A stretch of 62,241 nt of DNA, the filler included, from Rhabdomonas costata (taxonomy: Eukaryota): the NCBI GenBank assembly GCA_019059605.1. It is 27 parts of 27 records of this genome, joined end to end, with 100 filler letters (N's around TTAATTAATTAA, not from the genome) between each part and the next. Parts side by side here need not be neighbours in the genome. Positions count along the whole stretch, not along the records: positions 60,036 to 62,241 come from JAHMHO010004842.1; 26 more parts are not named here. One strand, 5' to 3'. Below the pieces are notes generated by a model. The model saw only the letters and a program-made list of their open reading frames with translations, had not been told where the DNA came from and ran no database searches. The position numbers were made by a program, and so were the translations under genes. Positions 60,944 through 62,241 of the stretch are shown here, one piece after another (positions within the stretch are counted from its first letter, which is position 1; every line of letters starts with the position of its first letter).

Positions 60944-61518
60944 TAGAGCGGTAGAACGTGGGGAGGACATCGTGAGGACTCCTGATGAGTCGGACGCTCT
61001 TGCCTTCGGTACTGTAAGGAAGAGCAGCCGAGGGGGTACACTACTTATGGGTTCATTGGTGAAGCAGGTTGCTGTTTGGGTTGCAGGCGAAGCGGATTTT
61101 TGTGAAGGCTGGAATGTCATCGGCCAAACGAATCACAGTGTAGAAAGGCTCGTCGTGGGGGTACATAGTTCTCCTTGTTTGTTCTCGTTGATTGCAAGGA
61201 GTCCTTCAAAAGCCGAATGTCTATACATCTTGTTGGATTGCAAAGTCCGTTGCAAGAGAACAGATGATTAGGGTTGAAATTGATTTGGATTTGGATGGGA
61301 TATGTTGCCCGGTTTCTGCGAGTTTTTATCTGTAAGACAGCTGCTTTTTTCTTTCACATTTTCGGTGGTGCTGCCTTTCCACCATTCCCATTCCCCTCTT
61401 TTTGTCCTTCCTTCTGCTGTCCTTCCTTGTTTACTTGGGCCTCTCGGTTTTCATTTGAGTTTCCCCGTGCCACTCTGAAGGAGAAAGAGAGTATCGCGAA
61501 GGAAGGGAAACCGAGCCA

Positions 61519-62241
61519 ATGACCACCCTGGCGGCTATTACTGCGGTGGAGATGTGCAGGCAGTTCATTCCACGGCTTAGCACATCGGGCCACAAAGGCT
61601 CCTCTGGTTGAGTTCCCCAAATCTCCTTCTCTCTGTGGAAGCCTTACATCTTTCTCGTGAATCTCTATTGTGCGCAAGACATGTGATTTCACCGTTTGAT
61701 GGACTTGTTGAGGCTTTCCCAGTTAGCCACGGGTGCACTTCCGACATGTATTTTGGAAAAAGGGAAACGCCATTCTTTTGCTAGCAGTTTCTGGTCACAC
61801 GCTGTGTCTGCATTGCCTGGACCAAATGCTGGCGTGAACTTATAAACATGAACATATATCGCCCTCCTCCTTGCCCCCCTTCGTGTCATCTTCAGGACGT
61901 GTGGGTGTCATCGGGGGCTCGGAAGAGTATACAGGTGCGCCATCACAACCACCACCCACTCTGCCCACGGGATGTAGCTCTGGTGGACGTATTCTTGGAA
62001 AAAGTGAACAAGCGAATTCTGTCCAATGGCGCTTCAGAAGAAGACCATTGATTTTTCATCAGAGTGTCAAAAAGAGTGAACGTTGTAAAATTTGTACCTT
62101 CCTGAAACGTCAGTCTGCCTCTTACGGCACCTTTCTCACCTCGCTCTCACCGTGTCCACACGCCGCGGCAGGGGCTCCATACTTCTCTGCCATGACGACG
62201 CTTCGGCTGGGCGTGGATCTTGCGTTTGTGTACTGCCACCC
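61519..62241 (+). CDS. NAXD: ATP-dependent NAD(P)H-hydrate dehydratase, 5' part; exons 61519-61606, 61896-61934, 62172-62241
   Basis: Spliced [49 protein letters not shown]; two phase-1 GT-AG introns. Confidence 0.92.

Noticed and set aside
1-62241. Operon or multi-gene system spanning contigs (e.g. radical SAM with nucleotidase)
   Set aside because: The genes are on separate, apparently length-sorted contigs.
1-62241. Euglenid-type non-conventional introns as a general feature
   Set aside because: Nearly all junctions I could place are GT-AG or GC-AG; only one is ambiguous.
1-62241. rRNA, tRNA, snRNA or spliced-leader RNA genes
   Set aside because: None recognised by eye; a covariance-model scan would be needed to exclude them.

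Overview
This window is not a continuous locus. It is 27 unrelated ~2.2-kb contigs of near-identical, slowly decreasing length, joined by 26 artificial N-run/TTAATTAATTAA/N-run linkers, so gene order across linkers is meaningless. Most contigs start G/T-rich and end C/A-rich, which suggests single-cell whole-genome amplification. Most come from an intron-rich flagellated protist, probably a non-kinetoplastid euglenozoan (inference). By placing splice junctions by eye I reconstructed partial genes for XRN2, a PstS-like binding domain, CRAL-TRIO, a two-component receiver domain, a MAP2K, an S28 peptidase, IMP2, a dual-specificity phosphatase, a 5'-nucleotidase, a disintegrin-repeat protein, a radical SAM enzyme, HYDIN, a midasin-like AAA ATPase, a DEAD-box helicase, PMCA, an R3H protein, outer-arm dynein and NAXD, plus a decayed Tc1/mariner element. 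Highlights: (1) a very AT-rich, intronless three-gene contig (39266-41474) that looks like a Mimiviridae giant virus, with a 'hairpin-rule' terminator; (2) apparently frequent GC-AG introns with a G|GCAY donor; (3) intron-bearing genes of prokaryotic type, one fused to a Dpy-30/RIIa-like docking module; (4) an R3H domain fused to an uncharacterised, possibly polymerase-like domain; (5) apparent pseudo-enzymes (XRN2 lacking its DMNG segment, a USP lacking its His box). All family assignments are from motif recognition, not database searches. Several indels indicate an error-prone assembly.
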